From a virus: DNA of 64,000 bases. Position 1 is the first letter of the stretch; every line of letters starts with the position of its first letter. Below are positions 62,413 through 64,000 of this stretch, piece after piece. A program made the translations under genes and the position numbers. Below the pieces are notes generated by a model. The model saw only the letters and a program-made list of their open reading frames with translations. It had not been told where the DNA came from and searched no databases. Location: the IMG/VR virus record IMGVR_UViG_3300027747_001183, one strand, 5' to 3'.

Positions 62413-63848
62413 GCAAGTACTTCTTTCTTTGCAGCATACTTGCTGACTAGGTAGCAGACGATGCCTGCGCCGAACACCTGTATCAGCGTTCCAGTCACCT
62501 GAATGTTTGGACCGCCGCCGAAGAGGAGGCCGTAGACATACAGTGGAGAACCGACGAGCGATCCCACTGCCGCACCTGCAATGAATCCCCACTTAGTAAG
62601 GAACTGAGGTGCTACTACTCCGATCACCACTGGGATGAAGAAGCAGAGCTGGAATGTCTTGCCAAACAGGAAGATGGTGTTCAGGTCGAGACCTGGGATG
62701 TTGGCGAGTAAGATGCCGATACCCGCAAACACGATCATTGCCACTCGGCTCCAGAGTACTGGGTTCTTACCCTTGAAGTAGTCGTGGAAGTCGCTGCCTA
62801 CCATGTTCGCGCTGTTGATGAGCATCGTATCGATGATGCTGATTAGTCCGGCAAAGACGGTCATCAAGAACACCAACACGAGCCATGGTCCGACGACCTG
62901 CGCCATTACCATTAGGTTAACGAAGCCGGACTTGGTACCTGCGTCGATGTGCATCCCAGCTGCGATCATGCCTAGTGGACCGCCGATGAGCTGAAGGACT
63001 AACCAGCAGAACGGGGCAGCGATGTATGCCCAGAGTGCAACGTTAGGCTTCATGGCAAAGGCGTTCTGGTATCCCTCGTTGGTGGTCCATGCCGAAGCAA
63101 AGTGACCGATTACAGTCGGGATACCAAAGCCGAATAGAAGTCCGAGGGCAAAGCTGTCGCTCCAGAGAGACGTACCCTTGCCAGTCTTACCTGCCATGCC
63201 ATCGATGATCGGCTGCCATCCAGTAACGCTGTATACTGTATAGCCGACGACTGCTACGCCGACGAAGATCATGAGGATCTTGATGACGTCAGTTACGATA
63301 GACGCCTTGATGCCGCCGCGAAGCGAGTAGGTCAAGGCAGTACCGACTAGCAGAGCAGATACCAGCATCGGGTTGATGCCTGTCAAGAGACTTAGACTCT
63401 GAGTACCAGCAAAGAGGTCGATAGTAAGTGACTGCAGTGTCAAGAGAAGAAGCTGCAGTAGGATTAAGAAGCTAATGAAGCCGCCCCACTTGCCCTTGAA
63501 GTACTCACTCAGTGTAAAGATCTTGCCGTTGTCGTTCCGGAACTTATTGATAAAGTACGCGAAGACGATGTAGCTGAAGAAGTTACCAAAGCTGAACCAG
63601 AACACGCCCGGCCAGCCGTTGTTGTATCCCTGCTGTGCAGCGACGAATAGACCCGGCGCGTGAATCCAGCTAGCACCAGCAGAGAAAGTTCCCTGAAAGA
63701 AACCGATCTCGCGGTTTGCTACTAAGAAACTCTCTTTGCTGCTGTCGAACCCCTTGGCGAAGAAGCTCGTCAAGAAGAATACTGCGACTGCGTAGAACGC
63801 TATGAGCGCGAACCCCGTAGTCTGGTCAAATAATGGAAAAATGTTCAT
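62409..63848 (-). CDS. Sodium:solute symporter family transporter
   Basis: Many TM helices; FLVANR, ASWI and YSLRGGIKASIVTD. Confidence 0.88.
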   Translation of the reverse strand: MNIFPLFDQTTGFALIAFYAVAVFFLTSFFAKGFDSSKESFLVANREIGFFQGTFSAGASWIHAPGLFVAAQQGYNNGWPGVFWFSFGNFFSYIVFAYFINKFRNDNGKIFTLSEYFKGKWGGFISFLILLQLLLLTLQSLTIDLFAGTQSLSLLTGINPMLVSALLVGTALTYSLRGGIKASIVTDVIKILMIFVGVAVVGYTVYSVTGWQPIIDGMAGKTGKGTSLWSDSFALGLLFGFGIPTVIGHFASAWTTNEGYQNAFAMKPNVALWAYIAAPFCWLVLQLIGGPLGMIAAGMHIDAGTKSGFVNLMVMAQVVGPWLVLVFLMTVFAGLISIIDTMLINSANMVGSDFHDYFKGKNPVLWSRVAMIVFAGIGILLANIPGLDLNTIFLFGKTFQLCFFIPVVIGVVAPQFLTKWGFIAGAAVGSLVGSPLYVYGLLFGGGPNIQVTGTLIQVFGAGIVCYLVSKYAAKKEVLA

Positions 63849-63871
63849 TTCACTCTCTCACTTAGTTACGT

Positions 63872-63919
63872 TTAGATTAGCATCTCACTCTTTGCTTTGT
63901 TCCAGTCTTCTGTTGACAT
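63872..63919 (-). CDS. Possible 15-aa peptide MSTEDWNKAKSEMLI
   Basis: AGGAG RBS and TAATG coupling to an upstream ORF cut by the window edge. Confidence 0.35.
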   Translation of the reverse strand: MSTEDWNKAKSEMLI

Positions 63920-64000
63920 TACCTTACTCCTATTGAGTAGAATACATTTCTATTGTCTACATTCTTAAACTTACCAGATTCTTTTACTTCCTTGAAGTCA

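Noticed and set aside
5773-62994. Many plus-strand ORFs in the track (e.g. 13206-13796, 19473-20207, 59869-60363)
   Set aside because: Antisense shadows of well-supported minus-strand genes, with no recognisable motifs
1-64000. Stop-codon reassignment
   Set aside because: Core genes are full-length and tightly packed in the standard code

Overview
A 64-kb segment of a large T4-like myovirus genome (host unknown; weak hints of an alphaproteobacterium). Almost everything is on the minus strand. Reading right to left: a transporter/kinase/nucleotidyltransferase/sulfotransferase-like/methyltransferase cassette (59.7-63.8 kb); tail-fibre and LamG genes, a GH19 endolysin and PAAR (47.5-59.7 kb); the head-neck-tail core gp13-gp23 (31.6-47.5 kb); radical SAM genes; gp3, uvsY, uvsW, gp55, gp47, gp46 and def; a DNA-modification cluster (gp42-like dCMP hydroxymethylase, beta-glucosyltransferase-like protein, epimerase, UDP-glucose dehydrogenase-like protein, atypical C5-methyltransferase; 13-22 kb); gp45, gp44, gp62 and regA; then a hypervariable region of small early genes behind repeated sigma70-type promoters, with one tRNA(CAT). 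The most striking item is a ~1033-aa gene in the prohead-core slot between the portal and the prohead protease. It reads as a string of basic modules joined by repeated acidic E-V-E-x-x-x-E linkers that resemble gp21 cleavage sites, and three linkers are encoded by an identical 25-bp repeat. I interpret it as a candidate protease-processed, cassette-shuffled polyprotein of head-packaged proteins. All family assignments come from motif recognition by eye; no searches were run.
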